Assembly (NCBI GenBank): GCA_964270895.1
Contig: OZ185437.1
Source: Podarcis filfolensis
Taxonomy: Eukaryota
Length of the DNA: 64,000 nt
Strand: one strand, 5' to 3'
In this document: positions 23,701 to 38,400 of the stretch, in pieces
Layout of the letters: each line of letters begins with the position of its first letter
Position numbering within the stretch: the first letter of the stretch is position 1
The notes under the pieces: model-generated
The model's input: only the letters and a program-made list of their open reading frames with translations
Databases searched by the model: none
What the model was told of the DNA's origin: nothing
Position numbers and translations under genes: made by a program

Positions 23701-26700
23701 CTATATATAGAAGGCTTACATTTTAGTGAGACCTGCCTGCTTTTATATAGTTATAAATTATGGAAACAGACAACACTGCTTAGCTTCTTGCTCAGTCACC
23801 TGTTTTATGAGTTTCTGTGAAATGGTTAATAATCCTGTGTAAAAAGATTGCAGTCCATTGAACTCAGTGGGACATGCATAGGATTGGACTCTGAGTCAAG
23901 AAAATCACTGCTGCCTTGGCAGTGCTTACTCTTGTCATCAGCCAAAGATGTTTTTCTGGGATTGCTTTGAAGTAAAGCATAAAACTTTCTTTTAAATAGG
24001 GAACCAGTAACTGGGGAGTTCAGTGGTTCTTGTCAGATCAGTATAGCACATTCTGTGTCCTGTATAAATACCATGGGGGTGATAGTGGATTTACATATAA
24101 CAGTCAAACAAAGTAATTAAGTCACTTACTAATCAGGATTAATAGACACTCTCCTAGAGAAGAGGAAAGCCTTTTTTTAAACATACAATCCAACCAGTAG
24201 GTTCAGAGTGTCTCTCACATTCTCCCAAGAATTTGAGATTATAGTACTGATGAAAAGCTGTCAGACTTTTGGTGCATAAAGGATCTGCAACCATTTAAAC
24301 CTGGAAAGAGCATTTTCAATATGACAATCTGGCTGGTATTTTTCTGCTTTTTAAATTGCCTTGAAAAAGCTTATGCAGCTCATCTCCTGCCCCAGCTGCT
24401 CTCAAGTCATACCTGGTAGTAGTCTACAAGAACAAAAATCCCTTTCCAATATTGAATGTTCAGGGACTCCAAAGCTGGAGAACTCACACTCTTGATTTGA
24501 GGTACATCCCCCTGGGACCTAAGCCTGGACCTGCTGCTTTGATTTGAAGGTGTGCTTTGGGCTTTAATCAGTTCATAGTTTCTGTACCTTGGATAGTGAA
24601 AGGACTGAATATGAGACGGTTGTGAAGACTGCAGAGTCATTTTCTGGTCTGACTATACTAATAAATGGCCAAATGGGTGAACGGAAGCAAACAGAGATTC
24701 CCTTTAATCCTTTTGCCATTGTACCTCTGACAAAACAGATGTGGTTTTCACGTACTGTCTCCTTTCCAAGGAGTGCCTTTTTCCAAGTGGAGTTTGATTG
24801 TGAGCAAGTATTCTTCATCTGTGGATTTTCTCCACCATCCCTAACAATTATGCCTCTGGCTGGGGGAAGGCAGGCGGGGAAGATAGGCACAGCTGATCTA
24901 GAAGGCACAGCTGTCTGCAAATTATTAAAAACCTCCAATCAGCCAAGGCCTCATCTTTTAACAGGCAAAACACTGAAGAGGTAGGCAGCTTACACAATAT
25001 AGCTGCCATTTGGATCACTGACCAAGGACAGCATTCTTTTGTCAATGGCCTTGTAGTGTTGAATGACTAAGCAGAGACAAAGATATAGATCTTGAAATGT
25101 TCCTGTCAGAATGGCTGCAACCTAAGAACTTCATTTATTTCTTGTTTTCTTAAAAGTTGATTGACTTACAGTGCAATCCTACGTGTTCTTACTCTGGAGT
25201 TAGTTGTACTGTGTTCAGTGGGACTTACGTCCATCTAAGTTTGCATAGGATTGCGCAATCCCATCTTTTGATCCATAAGCTTCCTTAAAGCTTCAGTCAA
25301 CATAACATGGCAAGATCCAAATAACCTTCCAAGCTCATTTAAAACATATAATTAAAACAAACCAGGCAAAACTAGCAAGCTCCTAAAATAGAAAACATCA
25401 CTGTCACACTAACCATATCAGCAATTCTATACTGATAATTCTTGGATCTTGCTAGTTAGCAGTTTTCCACACTGACACCTTTTTAAAAGAATCCTCCATG
25501 ATTTCTCAGCAGTGGTTGGATTTAGTTTTTTGCTGCAGTAATGATTGAACATAATGTAATGGGAGATTAGTCAGTGCTCTTCATTTCCTTAAACAGAATG
25601 AGCAAGCCTCTTGAATATATTCAGATTCCCAATCAACCGTACTGCATAAACGAATCCTAAAAATGTTCATGTGAAAGAGGGCCCTTTAACATTAGTGGAC
25701 TGGAACTGAAATGGAAGTAAGCGTGACTAAGATTGTAGGGCAGAGTTTAGTTTTCCAGGCATGATGCTCTTAATGCATTTGCCCTTTCCTGGATTATGTT
25801 GTATGTCTTCTATAACCTGCCAAAATGTGCAAGCCAGAGCTTGTTCAATACATCAGGGAACAAAACATGCCCAAGGGGAAGATATCTGTAGGTTACGGTC
25901 AGCCTTATCTTAGATGATGTACCTTGGCTGTTTGCTAACTGCTATTTTAAACAACACAAAAGGCTTGCCTCCTCCATTCTGTATTTAGGTGGAAACTTTC
26001 CTTTATTTGTTGCTGTCAGGCTTGTAACACATTGCTTTTCCACCTGTGCTATAATGCTCCAGTTCCACCTGATTGAGTCACATTGTTTTTTTGCCAATTT
26101 TGCTCCAGGGATAGGCATCCACATTGGTCTTCGATGGTTGACTACTCATTGGTCCAGCATCCCATCATGCTTGTACTTCACAACCATCTGTAAATTGCTC
26201 CTGGATGACAGTTAAAATAATTGTAGCAGTGTTGTATCATTTTTCCATCATTTATGCTCCCCAGTGTGGGGACATTTTCAAGTTTTAGAAATTTTAAACA
26301 TATTCCTACATTGAATTTATTCGAGGTATAAAGTTGTTGCTATATTGTATATGAATATTTATCACTAAATACTGAATTTCCTCCTTCTTCCAGTTAATCT
26401 TCCCCAACCAACTATTCACTTTTCTTAAAAAAGAAATGCAGGATTTCAATATGACTATAATTTATACTAAATCTGATAATTTATCCATATTTTTGTATGC
26501 TAATAAATTAACAAATTTCACAAAAAACTGCTATGTTATTTGCAGATAGGCTGGTTTTATGCTCTACATTAACAAATACTTTGATTTGTTCATGTTGCCT
26601 AATTACATCTGCTAAAATTAAACTGAGATAATGAACAATGATGCCAACAAGAAGCAATAATATCTAAATTCTTTTCAAAGCCAAATCTGTTTAAATATTC

Positions 26701-29700
26701 TATTAGATAAGCCCACTCTAACATATCGTACGCTTTGTCTGCATCAAGGACAATACTGTTGGTGTTCTTTCTTCTTAATCGTTTTGATGATGTCTCATGT
26801 TCTTTAAATATTTGATTTCAAGGACCTATTTTCTATAAAACCAGTTGGGTTTATGCTGATATATTTAAGGAAGGTTTTTTCTGTAATCTGGAAACCAAAA
26901 GTCAATATTTTATAACTAGTTTTTCAAACTAGTATAGGGTGGGGGTGGGGTGGGGTTAGCTATAGGATGACCACAGGACAGATGGGGATGTAGAATTGGA
27001 AAGGAGAAAAGTGCCTGATGGGAATCAGTGAAATGGAGAAAGAAGCAAGTTTGTGGGAAAGAGCAGGAAAAATGGCAGGGATGAAGAAGATGAGGGCTTC
27101 AGTCATAATGGCTTTGGAAAATGTTGTTTATGGAAGAGTAGTAGTTATGACATGGTACCCAGTATTGCCCATAATCCTAAAAGAGAATTTAATGGGGATT
27201 ATGGATTTTTGGAATCAGAAACTCCACTTATTCCTGGCTGATAAGGATATATATTTTTAATAGCTGTTTGCTTTGTCTTGTATTCACTGTGGATGTGGGC
27301 AGTTTAGCATTTCAGATTACTTGAAATATGATAATAGAGAACTGTCTTCTTCAGCCTGTTTTTATTTTTAATCGCATTTGCATTCTTGTTAACTACGATG
27401 CTTTCTTATTTTGCCAGGTCCTCTTTGGCACTGCTGATGGTCAGGTTATTGTCATGGATTGCCATGGCCGAATGCTGGCACATGTTCTCCTTCATGAATC
27501 TGATGGCATCCTGAGCATGTCCTGGAATTACCCGAGCTTTTTGGTGGAAGATAGTAGTGAGAGTGACACTGATTCAGATGACTACTCCCCACCTCAAGGT
27601 CATTTTGCCTCCATTTTTTTGTTCATTGAATGTCTGTGGCCTGCTTTTCACTGAAATGGTAAAGTTGTGTGACATGCTTGAATGCCCTTCCATAGAAAAA
27701 TGTTCTTTCCACATTAAAAAACTCCACATCGAAGGGTAGGCTAGAACTCTTGTCCTTGTTGTCTGCTTTTCTATGAAGAGGGATTTATTGTTATTCTGAG
27801 CATTTGGTTGTGTAAGCCTGCAGCTGCAGATTGAAATGATGCAGCCAAGGACTATAGTGAAAATGATTTATTCATTCATTTATTCATTTAATTCAATTTA
27901 TTAATTGCTTCCTTCAAAACATCTCAGAGCGATTAACAATAATAACATCAACACTGAAAACCTTTAAGTACAATTCCATATATAAAAACAATGAAAACAA
28001 TTCCGTATATAAACAAGTAATTAAAACAATTTCATGGAAAACTTCAAATCCAGTGAAGTTTCAGACTGCATTGGTAAACCTAACATATGCAGCATGTTTG
28101 TATTGACAGTGCTTTTAATGCCATTAGCATCATGCAATTGCTATTAACAAGGCATCAAGTTTTGCACAGGATAATAAATGGCCATGATATCCTTTATGGT
28201 TAATCTGCAGTTACCCATACTTTGTAGAATATAGTGGTCCTGAAGAATGTAGCTTCCCCTTGACATCCTTAAATTACTTGTTTTCTTCTTGCTATGTTAT
28301 ATATTTTAAAAAATAAGATGAATGTAAGAAGCCTCCTTTACTCCTTAATGCAAGAGAACCAGATATGGTGCAAAGATATTCAAATCAAATAGAGATTAAG
28401 TTATTGTGCTTTTGCATATTACTTAATCAAAAGGAGGATCTGAGAACAAGTTTTTCTTCTCCAGTGAATGACCTGCTGCCCCTAGTTAAAAGAATAAACT
28501 CCATATTGATGCGTGACTTTTAATAACAGCAAGAAGCAAGATAAAACGAACTACTTCTACACTTTCTACAACAGAAAAAAATGCACAACCAAAACAAAGT
28601 AGTTTAAAAGCTTGCATGAAACAAAGTTGACTGTGAATTAGCATCACAGATTCAAACCTTTGCAATTCTGGGTCCACTTCAGGTGCAACTGTAAGAAAGA
28701 AACAGTTTTGACAATGTTGGTTTCAGGGAGAAAACTTCCTTCGATTTTTTTGAGGAAGGTTAACAACTTCCTCAAAACTTCCTTCAATTTTTTTGAAAAG
28801 AAGAAAACTTCCAATTTTTTTGAAAAGAAGAAAACTTCCTTCAATTTTTTTGAGGAAGGTTAACAACAATTTTTTTGAGGAAGGTTAACAACAGTACTGC
28901 ATGAATGTGACTTTCATGACATACCTTCAAGACTCAAACTGTGGTTTCATACTGAGTGTAATCATTGCAAAGAGAGAGAAGGTTGAGGGGAAATATCAGG
29001 GTTCCCCAACTGCAAGGAGGGCTTTACTCAACCTTTAAGTGAACACAAGCCAAAGCCTCCTTCAGACCTTTCCTGCTTCAACACAGGGTGTATAGGTTGG
29101 GGACTGAGTACAAAATGGGCCCCTGAAGAATGATTATTCTGAATTGTGTTGCACCTGAAGTAAGTCTTTCTCCATGCATCTGGAGTTCCTGCCTTTTATT
29201 GGTTGGGCAGCATGCATCTGGGTGCAAGGGCCAGGGACCCTTCCATTCCTCACTCGCTCTTCTAGGACAATAGGAACAAAAACGCCCCACAGTGTGCTTA
29301 GCATGGGGGGCGACTGGCTTATTGTTGACAAACCCTTTTGCCTGTTTAGGACACTTCCCTGCAATGGCAAATGCATACATGAGGGTAAATCAAATATGCA
29401 CAACATATTTATTAGAGGACAGTGCTACAGTTTTCTTTTGTCAGAGTGTGATTAATGAGAGTGGTGATATTAGGTTTGTTATAAGATTGGTTTACTGTTC
29501 TAGGCAGGAACATTGTAACTTCTGGTGCATCCCTTTAGATGAGTGCAGTAGGCTAGTGTGTAGTTGATGCTGAGTCAATCGGGAGTGGGTGAGCTTGGTA
29601 GCTTCCAATGATTATTCTGATATGACGTGTCCTTGTGAAGTATCACTTGTTCTTCATAAACCTTTCAAAGGAGACATGCCTTTGACTCACATACATGACT

Positions 29701-32700
29701 AGGAGGGGCTTAATTGGATTTTACCTACTGCTAAAACTATACCAATTATATGGTGCTGGCTTTTAAGTCACCGTCCACAGCACAATTTCCCTGCAGTTCA
29801 ATTACCTCATTTTAACACATAAGCACATGGATAACAACATTTGGTTCCGTTCACAACTGAACGTAGCCTAATGTATGATTAGTGAGAATATGCTTAACTG
29901 GTGCCTGGAGAGCGCCTTTCTCTTGGGACAGCAGCACCTTCTGTCAAAGCTAGTTACATAAAACAGAGAATGAAATAGTGAATGCTGCAGATGGTGCTGT
30001 AGGCAATTTAATATTATATACAAAGGAAGTTAAACACTGAAGAATGATCTTGTCAAAACCAGACTCTCTTTTATAATGGCACGGAATAGTGTTTAGCCAA
30101 CTCAGGGCATGTAGATAAGCCCATTCTGATGCTCCAGACTCCCATTTTGGGATCCAGTCCTTATGGAGGGCCAGCTTCTATATTAAAGTCTATGTCATGT
30201 AGCAGTAAGGGCTTAACAGAGCTGAAGTATGCTTGGTCCAGTACCACGAGGTCTTCAGTCTGGAGGGCTGAGGAGGGGACGTGTTTCTTGAAAAAAAATC
30301 TTGAGTCAGATTGGTAATAGTCCCTTGGCTTTTGAGAATGTGGATGAGATAGCAGTTTAAGAAACTTTTTATGAAATGAACATGGTGAATCATTGCTTAT
30401 TTTTCTTTCAACAGAAAGCTGTGAACAAATTGCTTTTTTGAATCCCACCTTGACTAGACTTTCATAAGGTGATAGTAGCGCTACTTCAAGGGCCAAGTCT
30501 GGCCCACAACTGCCAGTTGGCTACCCCTGGCTTAGAGCTTGAACATTGCTAGGTATCACAGAGAGGTGCAAACTGAAAAGACTCTTTGTCTTTGTCTGGT
30601 TTGGTTGGCACTGCCTCCGTGTTTGCGCCCGTTATGGGCCAGGATGGTTGCTTCTGACTCCATTCTTTTCCTCATACAGCTCCAGGGACATGTAAATATT
30701 CCTACTGTGCAGGATCACTGAGGACATAATAGAAGAACTGTGTCATAACACTCTGCATAACACTGCAGAGACCATACCACAGTGCTGTGGCGTGAGGGTG
30801 GGGTTTATTCCTTAACAGTACTTGACAGGGTAGGAAAACATCTCCTGAGTGTCACAGCTCTTTGCACAGTCAACAGGTGATGAGCTAGGAACCTTGGTTC
30901 AAACTTCTTCCTAAAAGTTTTTTCCCCCCACCCTGCAGATGGTCCAGCTGCATATCCAGTTCTGGTGCAGAACACCAAACCGCTGCTCACTGTCAGCTTC
31001 ACATCAGGAGACATTAGCTTAATGAACAACTATGACGACTTGTCTCCTACCATCATCCGCTCAGGGTTGAAAGGTACGCAAAGGGAGACTTGTCTTCCTG
31101 CCCTGCTCCCACCGCTTCATTTTCTGCTTTAGATCTTGATTGCTTTGACATGAATATTTCAGCATCTGTCTCTTGAAATGCAACATCCATCTGCAGCGAT
31201 TTCCTCTAACAAGAGTGACGCCTGCTGGTGAAAAGAGCACACCTCAACAAGAAGGGGATTCCTTCTGAAATAAACTGGTAGCCTGTCTTACATTCTCTGG
31301 CGCTCGACAGCAGCAAATGAGAACCATGTGCTTTTCAAAATAACCTCCAGCTTGAGGCAATGACCAATTTTGTTTTGCTCTCCTCTGTTCTGTTCCTTCA
31401 AGGGTTTTGTGAAACACTTAGGAAACCAAAGCTGGAAGGCTGGCGGGTTCCAAAGTTATTTTAGTTTGAGGCAATGTTTCCAGAGGCTTAAAGGTGGAAC
31501 TTCAGGTTTAATTCAGTTGAAGCAGTAGCTTCAGTCGGTAGAGTGAATGAAGGCTTGCTCCACCAACCTCAGCCTGCCTTTAGCCAGACCCCACCTGCCT
31601 GCCTCCTTGCTTACAACCAGACCAGGAGGTGGCACGGCCTGTCAGCTTCCTCCTCCTCAGTCTCAGGGCTGCCTCTTGTAGAACCTAGCAGGGAAAGGGA
31701 AGTGGAGGGATTAACCCTCCCAGTTAGTGGCAGTAACCTGTGGTTTTGGTTAGCCAGGGGAGCAGTGGAGGCCCCCGCTGCCTCCACTGGCCTGCTTACT
31801 GAGTGTAAGTGTGTGGGATTGGGCCTATTTGCTAAGTGTAGTAAAGTGAACCTCCCCCTCCTCTTTGTGATTTCAGATGTAGTGGCTCAGTGGTGCACGC
31901 AGGGAGACTTGCTGGCTGTTGCAGGCATGGAAAAGCTAAGCCAGCTGGCTGAACTCAGCGGTGCTTCCTTTCTGAAAAGTGCACTGGTCAAGTTCTACAA
32001 TGTTCACGGAGAACATATCTATACCCTGGAGACTCCTGTGCAGGTAAAGATTACTCTGAAGTGAGATATTGAAACAGGAGCGTGGGAGAATAACAGCTCA
32101 CAAAAACAACCGCTAGCGGGGGATATTATATCAAGGGAGGTTTGCCCAGTGGATGAATGTCACTATAATTTAGATAATTTTATATGTAGGTCTCCCCACA
32201 CACAACAAATAAGTTTTGATTCCATGCTATTAGTTACAATAATATTCAATGAAGGATGAAAAATACTGGAGAAATCTGTATTTTAAAACAAAATGTCTTC
32301 TGGTCACTGTAATAAACTGATACCGTATCTTAGTGAAATTGTAAGTTGTACAGTCCCCAGAGAATGCTACTACTTGAACATACAGAAAAGCCCTGAGACA
32401 TTAGGGTTTTCCAAAATAAAATGGGTCTTAAAATATGCTTCAATGAGAGGAAAACATCTGAATTGTTACTTTTCATGCAGCGTCCCATAATCTCAATCTG
32501 CTGGGGTCACAGGGACTCCCGCCTGCTCATGGCTTCTGGTCCTGCCCTCTACGTTGTCCGAGTGGAGCACAGAGTGTCCAGCCTACAGCTTCTGTGCCAG
32601 CAAACCATCGCTAGCTCCTTGCGGGATGACAAAGATATCAGTAAATTGACTCTGCCTCCCAGGCTCTGCTCATACCTCACCACTGCCTTTACACCAACGA

Positions 32701-33834
32701 TCAAGGTAAACAAATGGCTGGGTGTTAAGTGTATCAGGGTCAGTGGACAAAGGTAGATGGAGCTAAACAGCTGACAGCAGCTGAGGCATAAAGCGCACAA
32801 GCAGGGAATGTTTGATTGGTAATAAACATTCAGATTGCACTCTGAGGCTGCCATCTCAAACACTTATTTGGGACTCTGTCCCCTTGAATGCCTTGGGACT
32901 TCTGAGTAAATACACCTAGAGTTGCATAACCGTGCAGAACAGCTTGTAGGGTTTTATCACTGTCATTTTGAGAGGGTTATGATGGCCGTTTGAAGAGCAG
33001 TGCAGGGCAACCTGACTAAGGGCTGTTTCACAAATGTAGTTTTCTTGTACAGATTAAGCAGTCCAGACTGCCCTCAGGCATGTTCGTGTACCGAGAGCTT
33101 ATTAATAAAACCAGTCAATCACAACTGCTGCCAGCTGCAGTTTGTGGCTGTAATGACATTTTCCACATCTGCTTCAGTTGTGTCCAAGTGTATCCATGAT
33201 TAGAAGGTTCACACATTATATTAGCCATGCAATGGGAGGTGGATGGGACTGCTTTGGGGTAGGTGTAAACTTTGTGCATGAACAGAGCCTGGTGAATGGG
33301 CCTTTATTTAAAGGTTTCCCAGGACAAGGCGTAAAAGCTACCAGCTAGATCGCAATACCTTTTGTCTGGCTCTTATGAGAACTTCTTGAGAAATCTGATC
33401 CCGGTCCCTGAGTTGTTGACAATCTTTATACAGTACTTCTGTAAAAGAAGCAAGCACATACAGTCATACCTCATGTTACGTTTGCTTCAGGTTACGTTCT
33501 TTCAGGTTACGTCCCACGGCGACCTGGAAGTACCAGAAAGGGTTACTTCTGGGTTTCGCCGCATGCGCACAAGTGCCAAATCATGCCGCGCACGTGCGCA
33601 GATACGGCGCTTCAGGTTGCGCTCTTTTCATGTTGCGAATGGGCCTCCGGAATGGATCCCGTTCGCAACCAGAGGTACCACTGTATTACTGAAGTGGATG
33701 CTTCTTGGTCTCTCTGCAGTTCTGGTGCATCATTCTAGAAGTGGTCACTTCTCATTTAAAATGTAGCTAGCTTTTTGTGGTCCTGATTTCTTTTATTGTT
33801 TTATTAATTTAAAGGCAGAATTTACCACTGCAGT

Positions 33835-33874
<40 letters not shown>

Positions 33875-35351
33875 CAGGAGCATGAAAAAGCAACATGAGG
33901 GAAAACTCTTTGTATGACTCACAATTTTTCCTCCTATACTCAGCCTCCTATCCCAGACCCCAACAACATGAGAGATTTTGTTAGCTACCCAACATCTGGC
34001 AACGAAAGGCTTCACTGCACAATGAAGCGGACAGAAGATGACCCGGAGGTTGGAGGGCCTTGCTATACACTGTATTTGGAATACTTAGGGGGTCTGGTGC
34101 CTATCTTGAAAGGGCGCCGAATTAGCAAACTGCGGCCTGAGTTTGTCATCATGGATCCAAAGACTGACGGAAAAGCAGGTACAAGGCATTAGGCAACTTT
34201 TCAGTGCCGATTTCTAGATTCCGGTCCTGTGCAGAGACCCTCAAGTGTTGCAAGTGTACTGCACGTGAATTTCTCGTGCAAACCTCGTTGATTTTATTGT
34301 ATGTAACTGATCTTCACATGGAAAAAAAAAGCCCACAAATACGCTCTTTGTTGAAATGTGTCATTCTTGTAGGTTGAGCGTCATGTACTCACTGGAGCTC
34401 CCGCTTGTGGAACAAATTAGTGGATTGGGTTGTGGAGGTGTGTATCCTGTTAATGCCCCAAAATCGTGCATCCACACAAGAACCCATGGCAGTACTATTT
34501 CCCTGCTCTCATCAGCCATTCTGAAAGAGACTCAGTAACAGGCATAGTTCAAGTCATCTTCCAAGTTGCAGTACATTATAATATTCAGTGTCCTGACAGG
34601 AGAGGAAAGATTCTCTAATTAGCTGTAGACATTTCAGTGTCAGAGAGATGCCTGTCAACTAGCATAATTGAGCACCATCCACTTGATTTTAGGCTATTGC
34701 TGATTCTGCATGGGTTTCAAAGAATATGCCGTGCTCCTTGCTGCGATTGTATCTCAGCTATTGCTTGTAGGATATCCTAGAAATGATTGACAGTTGTAAT
34801 TGGGATTTGGTTTCTGAAACATTTTTTTTTTAATGGGGCCTGTGTTGACAGATGAAATCTATGGAAACAGTTTGATTTCCACCGTGATTGACAGCTGCAA
34901 CTGCTCTGATTCCAGCGATATTGAACTGAGCGATGACTGGGCTGCAAAAAAGTCTCCCAAAATCACTCGAGCTAGCAAATCACCCAAACTTCCCAGGTAA
35001 TCATTTTGGTATTTTCAAAACGCCACCTTCCTTTTTCTCCTGGGTCTTTGAATTCCTTTTTTATGCTGAGAGGGCACCCTATACACTTAGAACAAAGGGG
35101 AACCTTTTCATACAGGGATCAGAAATGGGTTGCTTCAGAAATGTTAGGGTTCTTTTTGCTGTGAAACATTATTAAGGCCCATAGAGTTCTCCTCTGTGAT
35201 TAGCTACAAGCATAATACAGACATAATCCCCCTATAGTTCTGGTGTCGTATCCCTGACAGTTTCAAGTGTTTAACAGCACTTAACAGTGCAGGGTACTTG
35301 TTAGGTTATTTGCTTGCTACTAGTGAGTGTTTTAAGCAGAGTTGTATATAT

Positions 35352-35422
<71 letters not shown>

Positions 35423-38400
35423 ATGTGCACACGTGCATGGTGCAAAAAAATGATAAATCAAATCCTGTGATTAGGATAAGACCACCTGCTTGGATTTTAA
35501 TTTGTTGACTTAGTTTACATACTGTGTCCTGGTTCCAAGATTTGCTTTTCAAAAATTTGGAATAATTGGCAATCACTGAGAAAATCAGTGTTTGGGAATA
35601 AATTCTAGGTATATAGTGTGGGCAATGACCAGTGAATGATAACAACCCAGGGTGCTGAAGTTCCACCCCCGGACAACCATTGTATTCTACTATATATCCT
35701 AGATATATATCAACATAAAGAAATCTACAACAATCTCTCTCTCTCGCTCTCTGCTCAGACTTTTGAGAGCAAAGTTCCAGATTTGCTACTGGTGCTAGAA
35801 GAGTGCTTAGCTCCCTTCCCTGAGAAACATGTTCTCTAAGCACTATTCTGCTCTCTGCTTATGGGACACTGTGGTCTGAGTTGTGTATTTTGATCTTTGT
35901 GGGGCTGGGCTAGATATCCCTTTTCCCATTCCAGCACAACAACAACAACAACAACAATAATAATACCCCTCCCATCTAGCTGGGTTTCCCCAGCCACTCT
36001 GGGCAGCTCCCAACCGAATATTAAAAACACAATACAACATTAAACATTAAAAACTTCCCTAAACAGGGATGTTTCTAAAAGGTGAGTGATGCTTCTCCAA
36101 AGCTCACAGCACCAGCCATGTGCATTGTGTCGGAGAAATAATGCCCTAGTTCTTTCAAAACAGCTGTTGTCCCTGTGATGCTCTTTAGCAGGGTATTAAG
36201 CCCAATGCTCTGGTTTGATGCATAGGCATAAGCCTATTATGATCCTTAGCTCCTGAACCTGGAGACAGGCCAGCAAGGGGGAAAAATGCTTTCCTTACCA
36301 ATTATTAAAATAGAACCACTTTTCTAGTACAAAAATTCCATGAGACTTCATATGTTATCTTTCTGTTTACCGTTTAGCCAGAACTAGAGATGCTGGTCAA
36401 AGTGTACTTGGATTATCTAGTATGTTAGGTTGAAGACAGATGTGACATCTTTTATAGTAATGGGCCGGTCTGAAATGCTCTTTCTGCATTCAGTCCCAAT
36501 GCCCCTCGCCTTTGATCCTGCAAAAGTTTGCAAGTATGAGACAGAAAGCAGCTATGCCAATTGACAGGCTCCATGTAACATCACCAAGAAACCTCCCTCC
36601 AATCCTCAGGTCCCTTTTGCATTTAAAGTTACCGTTTTAATTAATAAGGGACATGAACATCCTTGCAGCTTTTTTCCGGGGGGGGGGGGGGGGGGAAGAA
36701 ACCTATACAAGTCTGATGGCTAAGCCCGGGTGTCCTGTTCATTGGTGTGGCTGTCTGTCATCCCATTTGCAATGTCAGACTGAAGGATGCACTGTGAACT
36801 CTTTTCATATTAACTCTGTCTTTGCTCTTGAAGCTACTTTCGAATGGTAAACCTTGTTAGCATTTCCCCCACCACCCACCTAAATTTGTATTCCGTGTTC
36901 TCTTTTTGTATAGAGAGACAGAGAGTACCTATTTGTGCCTGCCTCATTATTGTCATTTTTGTTTTGTATGCAGAATTAATATAGAAGCTCGCAAATCTCC
37001 AAAGTTGTCACGAGCTGCTCAGGAGATATCAAGATCTCCCAGGCTACCGATAAGGAAGCCTTCCATAGGTTCACCAAGCCTAACTCGTAGAGAGTTTCCT
37101 TTGGATGATATCACTCAGGTACTGCATGGCTATCTCATTATCTACCAGAAACAGAGGCACCATGTCTCTGAATACCAGTTGCTAAGGTACAACAATGGGA
37201 GAGCCCTGTTGGCCCCGTGTCCTGTTTGTGGACTTCCCATAGGCATCTGATTGGCCACTGTGAGAACATGATGTTGGACTAAATGGGCCTATGGCCTGAT
37301 CCAGCATGCCCTTCTTATGTCCTTCACTCTTTTTCATTGGTGGAATTGCCCTTGTCAATGTGAAGATAGAAATAATCATACTGATTGACCTAACAGGACT
37401 ATTGTAAGGATAACTAAGATAATGTACGTGAATACTATATAAATGCTTGTCGTCGTTCTGTCATACCTTTTTATTGCAGCACAACTACCTTGCTCAGGTC
37501 ACGTCAAATATCTGGGGAACCAAATTCAAAATTGTGGGTTTGGCTGCTTTCCTACCAACCAATCTTGGTGCAGGTAAATTAACTCTTTAAGAACTGTCTT
37601 CATTTCAGACCCTTCCTGACCAGAAAAAGTGTGCAAATATTCTTTAACAGTAGTTAAAATTTTGCATCTAATTCAGTCATGGAGTTGTAAGCCATGAAAC
37701 AGTTTGGACTATTTCTGTGGCATCTTCTACTGGGTCAAAACTCCATAGCAGTGGTGCTTAAAAGGATACTGTCCCTAATTGTGGGAGTATACCAGAAAAA
37801 CATTCCATGTAGGGAGAAATTCCTTCTGCTCCAGAGCCTATTTCATTGCCATGTTAAGGATATACTTTGTATCTGTTTGCTTGGTAAATAAATCACATCT
37901 GTAGCTCTTTTGATTTTCCCCACTAGCTTTTGGAGGAGTGGTCATGTTTGTATTCCTCATCCACATGGTTTCCCAGTAGTCCAGACACTGACCAAGCCCA
38001 AACTTGCTTAATTTCAGTAATTGAATGAAATCATACTAGACCTTTTGCTTAGAGACTTCTTCAGTTATGAAAAAATACATAAATAGAAAGTACTTCCGGA
38101 TACGTGTATATTTTTGTCTTTGTGTGGCATCACTGGGAAGCCTTGTTTGCCTGTTATCTTCCCGGTGCATGTACATACAACAAAATGTAGTTTTGTGTGC
38201 TTGTCGCATGCAGTCATCCAAATATTGCATCCTCTTTCTTAAATAGACATGCTTTCCATGTAGGAGTTTTATCATGGTTGAAGTCCCTCTAATTGGCTGA
38301 TTCCTTTAGTAATGCTGGACCCTCCCTTTGTATTTTCTGCGTCACAGATCTTTTCTTTCTTCCCTTTCCTTGCATCCTTTTTGTAGTTATCTATAAAACC

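Noticed and set aside
24573-24984. Overlapping 121-131 aa ORFs in intron 3
   Set aside because: No recognisable homology or convincing splice boundaries; length is within chance for 64 kb.
31765-31789. Small hairpin CAGTGGAGGC...GCCTCCACTG
   Set aside because: Most likely collapsed termini of a MITE; too short to support more.
33362-33766. 134-aa ORF, and 39946..40155
   Set aside because: Both run through MITEs and do not encode transposase motifs.
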